From assembly GCA_035544015.1 (NCBI GenBank), contig DATKIP010000076.1, positions 128,299-192,298 on the forward strand: 64,000 nucleotides of DNA. The letters are read 5' to 3'. Under the pieces are notes generated by a model. It ran no database searches and had not been told where the DNA came from. It saw nothing but the letters and a program-made list of their open reading frames with translations. The translations under genes and the position numbers were made by a program. The DNA is from Candidatus Saccharimonadia bacterium. GTDB taxonomy: Bacteria; Patescibacteriota; Saccharimonadia; UBA4664. Shown here one piece after another: positions 17,179 through 26,723 of this stretch; within the stretch, counting starts at the first letter, position 1; every line of letters starts with the position of its first letter.

Positions 17179-20100
17179 ATAAGAAGAATTTATACCTGGT
17201 CGGCTTCATCATACTTCTGAACATCCTGGTTTATCGAGTGTGGTTTCTTGGGTTCGGGATAATGACTCATGGGGATTGGAGCTATGTCTCTCGCGTAAGC
17301 GCCGATACGCTGAGAATCCATTATTTTTCACTTTGGCTGTCAGACTATTCGTTTGGGCGCATTCTCGTCGACGTTGGGCAGGCCCCCACCTATGCATTTT
17401 ATGGGTTCTTGTCAGCTGCCCTGCAGATCGATTTTGCCCTGGCCGAAAGGCTCGTGCACCTCTGGCCAGCAGTGCTCCTCACTCCGCTCGGGGCCTTTTT
17501 TCTGGTATGGAAGATTTTTAAAAACCGAATCGCAGCCATACTGGGCGCCATCATATATTCCTGTAATACCTATTTTTTAATCCTACTGACCGGGCATCTA
17601 ACGCTCGCGGGCGCATATGCGCTTGCCCCGTGGGTGCTGCTCGCATATTTAGAGTTCTTAGAGAAGGAGAGCCTTCGTTATGGCATCTGGGCTGGCCTCC
17701 TGCTCTCGGCGTCGTCGGCCTATGAACCCCGAGCCGCATACATAATTGCCTGGATCCTCGTCTTCGCCGCCGCCGGCCAGGGCGTCGCAAAAATCATTGA
17801 TCATAAAAAAATTAACGAGATCATAAGCTATACGCTGCGCTCAATTATTCCGTTTGCCATATTCGGGCTGCTCAATTTCTTTTGGATTTTTGCTTTCACC
17901 AAAATCAACGGTGCAATTGGCGCGGATATTCTGTCGCGAGGGTTATTCGGAAATGCGTTTTACGACATTAATGAAGCCCTAACCCTGTTTCACCCCTTCT
18001 GGAACGGTGGACGACCAATACCATTTATTATTAACCACATCCCATTGTATTTCTGGCTGCTTCCCGTCGCCGCAACTCTCGGGATATTCTTGAATAAATC
18101 CAGAAGAACGATAATTTTCTTTGCCACACTTGGCATTCTGGGAATATTTCTAACAAAACAGGTAGACACTCCCTTTCCGCAGGCGTATCAATGGCTCTAC
18201 GCGCACTTTCCCGGCTTCGGTGCGTATAGAGAGGCGAGCAAATTCTACCTACTAATCGCGTTATCGTATACGGTTCTCATCCCCGGCGCATATATTGCGT
18301 TGAAGAAAATCGGCCATAAGTACCTCTCCCTAGGCTTTGCGGCAGCTCTCGCGAGCATTATGGTAGTAAACTTAGCTCCCATCATAAGCGGTACGATCCA
18401 GACCACGTTCGCAAGTCGTACAATCCCAGAGTCTTATACGGCTCTCAACAAATTGTTGGACGAATCGTCTTTTTCCAGGACGCTGTGGGCCCCCAAGGAC
18501 TCGCGATGGGCGCTAGACTCCGACATGCACCCGAAAGTAGGGGCAATCGATATAGCGCAATCCTCGTGGGTCGATTTCATCAAACGCACCGTGGATGGTA
18601 GCTACCTGACCACCGAGGAGCAGGCCATGGAGGTTTTCCAGAATCCGTTTGCACCCGAGCTTCTAGCGGACGGAGTCATTAAATATGTCGTAGTCCCGTT
18701 AAGGGATACTAAAAATGACGATGATTTCTTCATTAATTACGGCGATATCCGAAGCAACTACACCGATTTGCTCGATAAAATGCCGTTCTTAAAACGGGTT
18801 AATACTGGCATCAACGACATCGCACTCTACCAAAACACGAATGTTAAGCCCTATGTCTCAACCTTCAGCAATCTATATTCAATCCCGGGCATGCCAGCAC
18901 TCCAGGGATCGCTCAACTTTGCGAAACAGGCCCTAGGAGAGAAAGATTTCAACTTTGTGAGTGGCGAAGAGAAGACTTATGCTCGAAAGATAACGGACTT
19001 ATTTGGCACTTTCGAAGACATGCAACCAACTCGGGACCGCGAGCTTGCTAGCAAGGAGGACCTGAGGGGGTCAACGATTTATCGGCCAGCCAGATTTAGC
19101 GAGTACGAATATCGCGTGGCGGGGAATGAACTACAGATTTTGTCGCGAGATCTCAGAAAAAACCTAGGTGCAACCAGGGGAGTAGCCAACGCGGCTAGTT
19201 TTTCAATTATAAAACGGATAAATGTTGCACGAGAGCCCGACATATATCTGGATATTGACGGAAAAATTACAAAACTTAACGCGAGCGACAACCAGGAGCA
19301 TTATCTTGGGTCTAACGTTGAAAAAATTGGAGTCTACTCTGCCACGACAGGCAATAACGTCATCAACGGATCGTTCGAAAGCGGTTTATGGCAGGACAAA
19401 GTACAAGATTGCAATAATTACGACGGTAGTCCCTCGATATCCGTGAGACAAAGTTCGGTGGCTTCCGATGGAAAATACTCTCTAAATATGACGGCACAGA
19501 AACACATGGCCTGTACCGCCTCAGCGCCCTTACCAATTCGAGCAGATTTTTATCTCACAGCCATGGATTACAAAATACACAATGGTACCTACGCTGCGTA
19601 CCAGATCAGCAACTCGGAAACAAAGGAAGTCTTGGGAAAATATAACCTGCGAGCGCCCGATGATGCGTGGCGCACGTATGCCACGATTCAGGCTCGTCCC
19701 TCTGGGGCTACCAATCTCGGCGTTACTCTCATGGCAAGACCATCTGAGCAGCAGAGTAAGCTCGCGGAAACAAATTACGACAATGTAAAAATCGTTGGCC
19801 TAAAAAAGCTCGATTCTCTGGATTTTGGACAGAACCAATTCGAGCCCTTCCAGAGTGGCCCGACGGCGTATCGAGATCAGGCCTATACGTACGAGAACAT
19901 CGTTCCGAATGGTTCGTTCGAAAATGGGCTTTGGGAAAAAAATGTTGGCGATTGCGGCGCGTATGACGACAAGCCCAAGATAGGGATGAATATAAGTACA
20001 AAAGCGAGCGATGGTAGGCGATCCCTCGAGCTCCATGCTTCGCGGCACATTGCCTGCACCAGCGCCAATAATATCCCCATTGAGCCAAATGGGACTTACC

Positions 20101-20837
20101 AAATTACTTTTGACTACACCACGAACGGCACGCAGAGTGCCGGATATTCCGTAATTTTAGACGATCCTCAGAAGACGAAAATCACAGAGCGTATATCCAT
20201 CGCCTCAACGATATGGAAGAAATACCAGTCGACGTTTGTAATTCCTCCCGGCGCGAAAATTGCGAACATTACCTTATACGCATATTCAGAAGATGATGGC
20301 GCAGAGTCAGTCGTACGTTATGACGACCTTCGAGTGATAAAGACCCCTGATATCACCGGCAAATATTTCGCCCTGACAAACGCGAACATTACAGTGAAGC
20401 CACCAAAAGACATTAGCTTTAAGGCTCCAAGTCAAACAGCGAGAACGATCTCAATACGGGCTGCCACCACCCCGTTCTACCTCGCAATGGCCGAGGCTTA
20501 CCATCCGGATTGGCGTCTCGAAATCAACAACGGCAAGGTGAAGGGGCTGGGATCGTGGCTGCCGTGGGCCAAGCCCGATGCAGTCGCTGCGGGGGATCAC
20601 TTCAAGCTCAATGATTTCGAAAACGGCTGGTACGTGGATGTCGATAAACTCTGCGGACAGCAGAAGCTCTGCACTCAAAATGCCGATGGTTCATACGATC
20701 TCGAGATGGTAGCCGAATTTACGCCGCAGCGATGGTTCTACATCGGGCTCATCGTGAGCGGCGGCACCCTCGTGGCGTGCATCGGATTCCTGGCTTGGGA
20801 CTGGCGCCGACGACGACATGGGCAGGATAGAGGCTAG
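17175..20837 (+). CDS. large polytopic membrane protein (GT-C/YfhO-like N-terminal domain) with two tandem CBM-like/galactose-binding-like modules and a C-terminal TM anchor
   Basis: About 14 TM helices in the first 420 aa. Duplicated module NGSFE(S/N)GLW..DC..YD..P.I.....AS DG(K/R)(Y/R)SL......H(M/I)ACT(A/S). Final TM helix FYIGLIVSGGTLVACIGFLAW. ATGA overlap with the upstream gene. Confidence 0.7.
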   Translation: MNKKNLYLVGFIILLNILVYRVWFLGFGIMTHGDWSYVSRVSADTLRIHYFSLWLSDYSFGRILVDVGQAPTYAFYGFLSAALQIDFALAERLVHLWPAVLLTPLGAFFLVWKIFKNRIAAILGAIIYSCNTYFLILLTGHLTLAGAYALAPWVLLAYLEFLEKESLRYGIWAGLLLSASSAYEPRAAYIIAWILVFAAAGQGVAKIIDHKKINEIISYTLRSIIPFAIFGLLNFFWIFAFTKINGAIGADILSRGLFGNAFYDINEALTLFHPFWNGGRPIPFIINHIPLYFWLLPVAATLGIFLNKSRRTIIFFATLGILGIFLTKQVDTPFPQAYQWLYAHFPGFGAYREASKFYLLIALSYTVLIPGAYIALKKIGHKYLSLGFAAALASIMVVNLAPIISGTIQTTFASRTIPESYTALNKLLDESSFSRTLWAPKDSRWALDSDMHPKVGAIDIAQSSWVDFIKRTVDGSYLTTEEQAMEVFQNPFAPELLADGVIKYVVVPLRDTKNDDDFFINYGDIRSNYTDLLDKMPFLKRVNTGINDIALYQNTNVKPYVSTFSNLYSIPGMPALQGSLNFAKQALGEKDFNFVSGEEKTYARKITDLFGTFEDMQPTRDRELASKEDLRGSTIYRPARFSEYEYRVAGNELQILSRDLRKNLGATRGVANAASFSIIKRINVAREPDIYLDIDGKITKLNASDNQEHYLGSNVEKIGVYSATTGNNVINGSFESGLWQDKVQDCNNYDGSPSISVRQSSVASDGKYSLNMTAQKHMACTASAPLPIRADFYLTAMDYKIHNGTYAAYQISNSETKEVLGKYNLRAPDDAWRTYATIQARPSGATNLGVTLMARPSEQQSKLAETNYDNVKIVGLKKLDSLDFGQNQFEPFQSGPTAYRDQAYTYENIVPNGSFENGLWEKNVGDCGAYDDKPKIGMNISTKASDGRRSLELHASRHIACTSANNIPIEPNGTYQITFDYTTNGTQSAGYSVILDDPQKTKITERISIASTIWKKYQSTFVIPPGAKIANITLYAYSEDDGAESVVRYDDLRVIKTPDITGKYFALTNANITVKPPKDISFKAPSQTARTISIRAATTPFYLAMAEAYHPDWRLEINNGKVKGLGSWLPWAKPDAVAAGDHFKLNDFENGWYVDVDKLCGQQKLCTQNADGSYDLEMVAEFTPQRWFYIGLIVSGGTLVACIGFLAWDWRRRRHGQDRG

Positions 20838-20843
20838 CTACCC

Positions 20844-20900
20844 TAATGTCTTCGGCCGCATTGCACACGGATGGCGAGCAAGATCGGCCGACATTAGCAT
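20844..20900 (+). terminator. hairpin (ctaatgtc..ggccg / cggccgacattag) followed by CATTTTTAC
   Basis: Inverted repeat with a T-run 7 nt after the membrane-protein stop. The loop is long at 26 nt, so the call is tentative. Confidence 0.35.
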
Positions 20901-20936
20901 TTTTACAGATGGCGCCGCGCCCCCGTACGGTGTAAA

Positions 20937-22244
20937 ATGCACTTCGTGAAATCTTCTGTTAATGTTGCTGTGATTGGAACCGGATATGTTGGCCTCACCA
21001 CGGGGGCGTGCTTGGCGAGCCTGGGGCACGATGTGGTGTGCGTGGATGTGGACGAGCGCAAAATTGAACAATTGCGGGCTGGGCACATGCCTATCATGGA
21101 GGCCGGCCTCGAGGAATTAGTGCAGGCCGGCGTGGCGGCTGGCCGGCTGCGGTTTGTGGTGGGCGCGGCCGGAGTGGTAGGGGACCGGCGCGTGGTGATG
21201 ATGTGTGTACCCACCCCGCAGGCCGCCGACGGCTCGGCCAACCTCAGCTACCTCATGGCGGCTACGGCCGAAATCAAGGATCACCTCGCCCCCGGCGCCG
21301 TGGTGGTCAACAAATCCACCGTGCCGGTGGGCACCGCCGAGCGGGTGGCGCAGGCACTGGGCCGCGCCGACGTGGCCGTGGCGTCCAATCCCGAATTTTT
21401 GCGCGAAGGCACTGCCGTGGCCGACTTTTTGGGCCCCGACCGCATCGTGATCGGCTCGGCCGACCCGGCAGCGGCTCGGGTGGTGGCTGGGCTGTATGGC
21501 GGCGTCGAGGCCCCCGTGATGCTCGTAGACGCGCGCACTGCCGAACTCATTAAGTATGCCTCAAATGCCTTTCTAGCGACCAAAATATCGTTTGCCAACT
21601 CCATCAGCGCCATCAGCGAGGAGCTCGGCGCCAACGCCCACGATGTGCTGGCCGGGGTGGGCGCCGATAGCCGCATTGGGCCGCAGTTTTTGCAGCCCGG
21701 ACCCGGCTGGGGCGGATCGTGTTTTCCCAAGGACACGCAGGCACTCATGGGGCTGGCGGCCTCGGTGGGGTACGAATTTGAACTGATGCAGGCCGTGGTG
21801 CGCGCCAACGCCGCCCAAACCGAGCGCATGGTAGAGCTGGTGCGGCGGCTCGCCGGCGGCCGGCTGGCCGGTGCCCGCGTGGCGGTGTGGGGCCTGAGCT
21901 TCAAGGCCGGCACCGACGACACCCGCGAGTCGCCGGCGCTGCGCGTCATCGCCGCGCTGCTGGCAGCCGGCGCCACCGTGGCCGCCTACGACCCCGCCGC
22001 CTCGGCGCCCGCCGGCGTGATCGCGGCTGCTAGCGCCCTCGAGGCGGCCGACGGCGCCGACGTGCTGGCGGTGCTCACCGAGTGGCCCGAGTTTGCCGCC
22101 GTGAGCCCCGCCGAGGTGGCGCAGCGCCTGGCGCACCGGCGCGTGCTCGACACCCGCCGGCTCCTCGACGCCGAGGCCTACACCGGTTTTGGCTTTACCA
22201 TGCACATTGTGGGCGTCGGCCACCTTGACCATAAGCGGTCTTAA
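20937..22244 (+). CDS. ugd: UDP-glucose 6-dehydrogenase (nucleotide-sugar dehydrogenase)
   Basis: N-terminal VAVIGTGYVGLTTGACLA Rossmann motif. Catalytic GGSCFPKDT motif. An alternative GTG start at 20946 is possible. Confidence 0.85.
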   Translation: MHFVKSSVNVAVIGTGYVGLTTGACLASLGHDVVCVDVDERKIEQLRAGHMPIMEAGLEELVQAGVAAGRLRFVVGAAGVVGDRRVVMMCVPTPQAADGSANLSYLMAATAEIKDHLAPGAVVVNKSTVPVGTAERVAQALGRADVAVASNPEFLREGTAVADFLGPDRIVIGSADPAAARVVAGLYGGVEAPVMLVDARTAELIKYASNAFLATKISFANSISAISEELGANAHDVLAGVGADSRIGPQFLQPGPGWGGSCFPKDTQALMGLAASVGYEFELMQAVVRANAAQTERMVELVRRLAGGRLAGARVAVWGLSFKAGTDDTRESPALRVIAALLAAGATVAAYDPAASAPAGVIAAASALEAADGADVLAVLTEWPEFAAVSPAEVAQRLAHRRVLDTRRLLDAEAYTGFGFTMHIVGVGHLDHKRS

Positions 22245-22247
22245 TGT
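22219..22247 (+). promoter_or_regulatory. sigma70-like promoter TTGACC-N17-CATAAT
   Basis: Read directly. Overlaps the ugd stop. About 55 nt upstream of the ATG at 22305. Confidence 0.35.
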
Positions 22248-22304
22248 CATAATGAAATAACGCAGCGTCCCGCTGCTTGTACATTCGTCAGATTGGAGAC
22301 GGCC

Positions 22305-22715
22305 ATGCCGTATAGTCTCGTACCCGAGTTGGTGCCCTCAGAGGCGCCGGTGCACGGCGCCTACGTCGGCGTGCTCAGGCCCAGTTCGGTGTGGGGCCAG
22401 CCCACGATCGAGGCATTGGAGTGGTTCCTGGGCCACGACTGCCACGCTGTGGTCGTCGACTTCGACGTCAACCCCAACAGCCTCAGGTACACCCTCCGGG
22501 GCGCGCAGGGGGAGCGATTGGCCCCCAGGGTTGTGCAGCTCCTGGCTAGCGGCGGCATCCGGTCGTCCACCATGGGCCGCTTTGAGGCCCTCCACCTGGC
22601 GGCCGTCGTGAATCTGGGGGTCCGGACTCTGCTCTGCGACCGCAAGCGCGAGGCCCCCGACGGCTTCCCGGTGCTGGTGAGCCCCATCGAGCCGATTACC
22701 GCCCGCCCCCGCTGA
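22305..22715 (+). CDS. hypothetical protein (first of four small genes each followed by a related hairpin)
   Basis: GGAG 7 nt upstream of the ATG at 22305. The ORF track shows a TTG start at 22293. Confidence 0.45.
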   Translation: MPYSLVPELVPSEAPVHGAYVGVLRPSSVWGQPTIEALEWFLGHDCHAVVVDFDVNPNSLRYTLRGAQGERLAPRVVQLLASGGIRSSTMGRFEALHLAAVVNLGVRTLLCDRKREAPDGFPVLVSPIEPITARPR

Positions 22716-22730
22716 CCCCTCCAACCAGAT

Positions 22731-22770
22731 CTGGCGAATGCCCCCGGCGCACATGTTGCGCCGGGGGCTA
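22731..22770 (+). terminator. GC hairpin cccccggcgca-catgt-tgcgccggggg followed by CTACGCTGTTTTG (REP-like family copy 1)
   Basis: Perfect 11-bp stem followed by a T-run. Confidence 0.5.
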
Positions 22771-22867
22771 CGCTGTTTTGCGGCTTGACAAAAGCCAAAA
22801 ATAGTACAATGCTGAGTCAGCAGCGGCCGTCTGGCCGCTCATTCCGCTAGATACCCGCTTGGAGGGG

Positions 22868-23368
22868 ATGCACATGTTTGCCAGCCCCAACGGCGAGCCC
22901 CGGTTCGCCTGCACGCTGGGAGAGACCGTTGCTCCATTTCTCCCCCGCACGCACCTCGACCAACCCCTACCCTCGTGCGGGCCAGATGACGACCCCGTGG
23001 TCATCACCGCCGCCTACGAGGTGATCGGCGAGCCCCTCACGCCGGCGCTCGCCAGCCGCGTCGCCGCCGTGCTCGAGGCCCACCCCGCCGCCTGCCTCGT
23101 CGCGGTGTCGGCCGAAGCATTCAGCTTCCAGTTGCCGGGCCCCGTGGGCGAGCCCCTGCCGGCGCCGGTCCCCGAGCTGTTGGGCTGGCCGGCCGGCACT
23201 GTGTTGGATTGGTCTCGCGCCGATTCGATGCTGGAATCGGTGAAAGCTGCCGTGGCGGCTGCGCTGCTCAACGACGACTTGCCCGACCACATCGTCAACC
23301 TCACCCTCCGCACGTACGCGGCACCCGGTAGCGACGCCGTCGCCGGCGTACAGAGGACGCGACGGTAG
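22868..23368 (+). CDS. hypothetical protein
   Basis: SD ggagggg upstream of the ATG at 22868. Pro/Ala-rich. ORF track start is 22859. Confidence 0.4.
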   Translation: MHMFASPNGEPRFACTLGETVAPFLPRTHLDQPLPSCGPDDDPVVITAAYEVIGEPLTPALASRVAAVLEAHPAACLVAVSAEAFSFQLPGPVGEPLPAPVPELLGWPAGTVLDWSRADSMLESVKAAVAAALLNDDLPDHIVNLTLRTYAAPGSDAVAGVQRTRR

Positions 23369-23430
23369 TTTGAGCTTCGCCACATCGCTCGGCCCTAACC
23401 CTGCCGACCCCTTGTCCCTCAATCTAGCGA

Positions 23431-23461
23431 TGATCCCCGGCGCGCATCGTGCGCCGGGGAT
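23431..23461 (+). repeat. GC hairpin gatccccggcgcgca-tcg-tgcgccggggatc (REP-like family copy 2)
   Basis: Near-perfect inverted repeat. Sequence is related to copies 1 and 3. Confidence 0.45.
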
Positions 23462-23575
23462 CCGTCATGTTGGGGGCAGCGCTCTGGACCCATTGACCGC
23501 CGGCATATTAAATGCCATAATGGTCGTCCGCAGCAACCGCTGTGCATCTGTCGGATCACAGAAGTGAGGGGTTCG

Positions 23576-23992
23576 TTGACGCCACTCGTCGGCCTTCACC
23601 AGATGTGGGGCGGAGACACCGGCCCGCACGGTGGCAGGTTCACGTTTTTCCTCGCCGACTCCACCGGGCAACAGCCCGCTCAACCGGTCGAGGCGTACAA
23701 AATTCCTGATCCCACCGCCGCCGCGTTAGGAGGGTATCTCAACGCTCTGGCCGGAGTTACCGCCAATCTCGGCCAGCTCACGGTCGTATATTTCCTGCGT
23801 CCGGAAGAGTGGCCCCCCGACCGCCGCCTGAGGCCCGAAACCGTCCGCAAGAAAATGCGTGACGCCATCACCGGCGTCGCCATTCGGGCATTCAACCACA
23901 ACCGGCTCGTTGAGCCCGCCAGGATCGGCCCAATCTACACGGCCGTCACCCCGCCGCCGTCCCCACCGCTCCCGCCCCCCGACCAAACCTGA
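23576..23992 (+). CDS. hypothetical protein (start uncertain: GTG 23564 or TTG 23576)
   Basis: ORF with GAGGGG upstream. C-terminal Pro-rich tail. Confidence 0.35.
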   Translation: MTPLVGLHQMWGGDTGPHGGRFTFFLADSTGQQPAQPVEAYKIPDPTAAALGGYLNALAGVTANLGQLTVVYFLRPEEWPPDRRLRPETVRKKMRDAITGVAIRAFNHNRLVEPARIGPIYTAVTPPPSPPLPPPDQT

Positions 23993-24001
23993 TCCGACCC
24001 G

Positions 24002-24028
24002 CCCCCGGCGCGCACGTTGCGCCGGGGG
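24002..24028 (+). repeat. GC hairpin cccccggcgcgca-cg-ttgcgccggggg (REP-like family copy 3)
   Basis: Follows the 23992 stop by 10 nt. Shares an ATCnrGCGA..CCCCGGCGC leader with copies 1 and 2. Confidence 0.45.
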
Positions 24029-24048
24029 TTGAGTCTGTTAAGCCAAAG

Positions 24049-24077
24049 TTGATTCCAGGAAGCATTAGTAGTATAAT
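24049..24077 (+). promoter_or_regulatory. sigma70-like promoter TTGATT-N17-TATAAT
   Basis: Read directly. About 60 nt upstream of the ATG at 24137, which has an AAGGAG SD. Confidence 0.45.
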
Positions 24078-24136
24078 AACCAAATGGCGAAACTACCTTC
24101 GCCGTCGTCAGAACGAGTGCAAAGGAGCACAGGCTC

Positions 24137-24484
24137 ATGACTACCCTGGAAAGAGGGACCGAACATGTCGAAACCGAGCCGGTCGAGATCGAGCTAGAGC
24201 CTTCCACCGACGGTGGGACACTCCGCGCTACTGTCGGATTGACGGTAGCCGACATCCACGCCGCAATCCTCGTGCAGCTCCATCGACAGCCTGCGGGCCT
24301 AGCGGCCGTAATGAGGCTCAACGTGGTGAATAACCGGACGTTCGAGTTCACCGTGCTCTACGGTGCTGATGTCGGAGCCGTCACGGGACGGCTCCTCCAG
24401 GCGGTCTCGACCGTCTTCGCGAGTGCCCTGGGCACCCCGGTCAGCCTTGGCCCTCGGGCTTACCGGCTGGCCCCGCGAGCCTGA
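24137..24484 (+). CDS. small protein, possibly Asp23/Gls24 (DUF322) family
   Basis: Promoter and AAGGAG SD upstream. Pattern FEFTVLYGADVGAVTGRLLQAVSTVFASALGTPV resembles the Asp23 core. Family assignment is tentative. Confidence 0.45.
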   Translation: MTTLERGTEHVETEPVEIELEPSTDGGTLRATVGLTVADIHAAILVQLHRQPAGLAAVMRLNVVNNRTFEFTVLYGADVGAVTGRLLQAVSTVFASALGTPVSLGPRAYRLAPRA

Positions 24485-24606
24485 GTCCACGCAACAAACC
24501 CACGCGTCCGCTCAATGTTCACGCCACAAGCACAACACCCTGACGGTAAGCCCCTGGTATCCGCAACCGCGGAGGCCGGGGGCTACGTCTTTGGTACACT
24601 GTCTGC

Positions 24607-26238
24607 ATGCATCATTCCTCTCAAATTATTCGCGCACGGCCGTGGCTAGTGTTTCTGGGACTCGCCCTGATCGTACTCGGTCCGCTGCTGCTGCCGGGGT
24701 ATGTGCTCACGGTTGATCTGAGCTGGGGTCCGCACATGGCTGCTTCCGATATGCTCAGCAACACCGCCCCGCTGTGGTGGCTCATTCGAGCGCTCAGTGT
24801 GGTGCTGCCGGGCTGGGTGGTCGAGAAGCTCGTGCTCGTGGGGTTGCCGGTGCTAACGGGGGTGGGCATGTGGCGATTGGCGGCGCGTCGGTCGCCGGGC
24901 TGGTCGGCCTACGCGGCCGGCCTCATGTACGTGGTCAACCCCTTCACCTACGAACGGCTCATGGCCGGCCAATGGCTCGTGCTGGCCGGCTACGCGTTGT
25001 TGCCCTGGCTGGTGGATGCCCTGCTGCGGCTCCTTGAGCGTCCCGGCGCGCGGCGGGCGCTGGTGCTCGGGGCCTGGGCGGTCGGCCTGGGCATGGCGTC
25101 GCTGCACCTGCTGCCCATGGCCGCGCTACTGCTCGCCGCCGTCATCGCCGCCAGCGCCTGGGGCCGAGGGTGGCGGCCGCACACCGGACGCTGGCTGGCA
25201 CTGGCCACGGCCCTGTGGCTGGCGGCCGCCAGCGCCTGGCTCGTGCCCTGGCTGCTGCACCGTTCGGCGGCAGCCCGCGCCGTGGCCGGCTTCGACGCCG
25301 GGCAGTTCGAGGCCTTCCGCACCACCGCCGGCCCCCTCGGCGCGCCGGCCGCCGTGGCCGCGCTCCAGGGCTTTTGGGGCGAGCGCACCGGCCTGGTGGT
25401 GCCCGGCTCGAGCACGGGCGCATGGTTTTGGCTTGCTGCAGCCACAATACTCATCTTAGCCATCATCGGCCTCGTGCTAGCAGTGCGCCGGCGCGATCGG
25501 CTCGGGCTGGCACTGGCCGTCGCGGCTAGCCTGGCCTGGCTGCTCGCCATTGGTGTCGCTTGGCCGCCCACCGCGGCGCTCACGCACCTTCTCGTCGATC
25601 ACCTGCCGTTTTATCGCGGCTACCGTGAGCCCCAAAAGTGGGCGGCGCTCATCGCGCTGGCCTATGCCTACTTGGCGTCCGGTGCGCTGGCCGCTGCCGG
25701 CACTCGGCTCCAGCCCTTCTGGCGGCGCGGCCTCCTGGCAGCTACGGCCGTGCTGGTGTTTGCCTGGGCGCCGCTGCTGCCGTGGGGAGCGGCCGGCCAG
25801 CTCACCGCCACGGCCTATCCCGCCGGCTGGTCCGATCTCAATGCGCGGCTGAACGCTCTGCCGGCAGCCCCGCCCGGACATCCCGACACACTTATGTTGC
25901 CATGGCATCAATATATCTACCTCGATTTCGCCCATCGTCCCGTTGCCAACCCCTCAGCGCAGTTTTTTGACCGTCCAGGTATTGTCTCGAACGACCCCGA
26001 GCTGCCCGGTGTACCTCCCGATTCAGATTTAGGCATTGTCAATAAAATACAAAATGATGTCATAGATCGCCGATTTTTTGAGCATAATGCCGGTTCTAGA
26101 TTACGGGCCCTCGGGGTACACTACGTTGTGCTCATAAAGGTGTCGGACTGGCAAAACTACGGTTGGCTCCGCGCTCAGAGCGATCTTACCTTAGTCGCGG
26201 AGACCCCCGATTGGCAGCTATACCAGGCCATCCCATGA
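24607..26238 (+). CDS. polytopic membrane protein, GT-C/YfhO-like (paralogous to the N-terminal domain of the 17175 protein)
   Basis: 543 aa with more than 12 TM helices. Shares the motif pattern (D/V)(W/L)SWGPH...L(W/S)... with the 17175..20837 N-terminus. Confidence 0.6.
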   Translation: MHHSSQIIRARPWLVFLGLALIVLGPLLLPGYVLTVDLSWGPHMAASDMLSNTAPLWWLIRALSVVLPGWVVEKLVLVGLPVLTGVGMWRLAARRSPGWSAYAAGLMYVVNPFTYERLMAGQWLVLAGYALLPWLVDALLRLLERPGARRALVLGAWAVGLGMASLHLLPMAALLLAAVIAASAWGRGWRPHTGRWLALATALWLAAASAWLVPWLLHRSAAARAVAGFDAGQFEAFRTTAGPLGAPAAVAALQGFWGERTGLVVPGSSTGAWFWLAAATILILAIIGLVLAVRRRDRLGLALAVAASLAWLLAIGVAWPPTAALTHLLVDHLPFYRGYREPQKWAALIALAYAYLASGALAAAGTRLQPFWRRGLLAATAVLVFAWAPLLPWGAAGQLTATAYPAGWSDLNARLNALPAAPPGHPDTLMLPWHQYIYLDFAHRPVANPSAQFFDRPGIVSNDPELPGVPPDSDLGIVNKIQNDVIDRRFFEHNAGSRLRALGVHYVVLIKVSDWQNYGWLRAQSDLTLVAETPDWQLYQAIP

Positions 26239-26717
26239 CTGCACCGCCCGGCATTTCCGGAGACATTTACCGTCCGGTACGCCCCGCGCCGGTGCGTCGA
26301 GGTCAGCTGCCGGTGCCTGCGGGGATGCCACGGCGTGTTCATCAAGCGTCCCCCGTCCAGCCCCGGCCACGCACCAGACGATCACAGAGATGGTTATGGA
26401 ATCTGGCCCAGTACCCGCTCATCGCCGCGCTGGCCTTCGGCGCCGCCGCCAGCTCCATGTTTGGGCAGGCAGCCATCGCGGTATATGCATTAGCGGTAGT
26501 CGTCAGCCGCCGGATCCCCAGCAGCACAAGTTTCGTTCTTGCTCTGGTTATCCTAGTCTCCATCCCCGTGTTTAGCGCACTCGGGCAGTCCGGCCTCGCA
26601 CACAACGCCGCCATTTACGTCTTTGAGCTGTTGGTGGTTGGCACGATCCAGGCTATAGTAGAATTAAAGCATACAGATATTGAGAGGGGGTCCGCCTCCT
26701 CGCAGGCAAGGAGGTGA
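26235..26717 (+). CDS. membrane protein with Arg/Pro-rich N-terminal tail (start uncertain)
   Basis: ATGA overlap with the upstream gene. Three hydrophobic helices in the C-terminal half. Confidence 0.35.
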   Translation: MTAPPGISGDIYRPVRPAPVRRGQLPVPAGMPRRVHQASPVQPRPRTRRSQRWLWNLAQYPLIAALAFGAAASSMFGQAAIAVYALAVVVSRRIPSSTSFVLALVILVSIPVFSALGQSGLAHNAAIYVFELLVVGTIQAIVELKHTDIERGSASSQARR

Positions 26718-26723
26718 TCCAAT

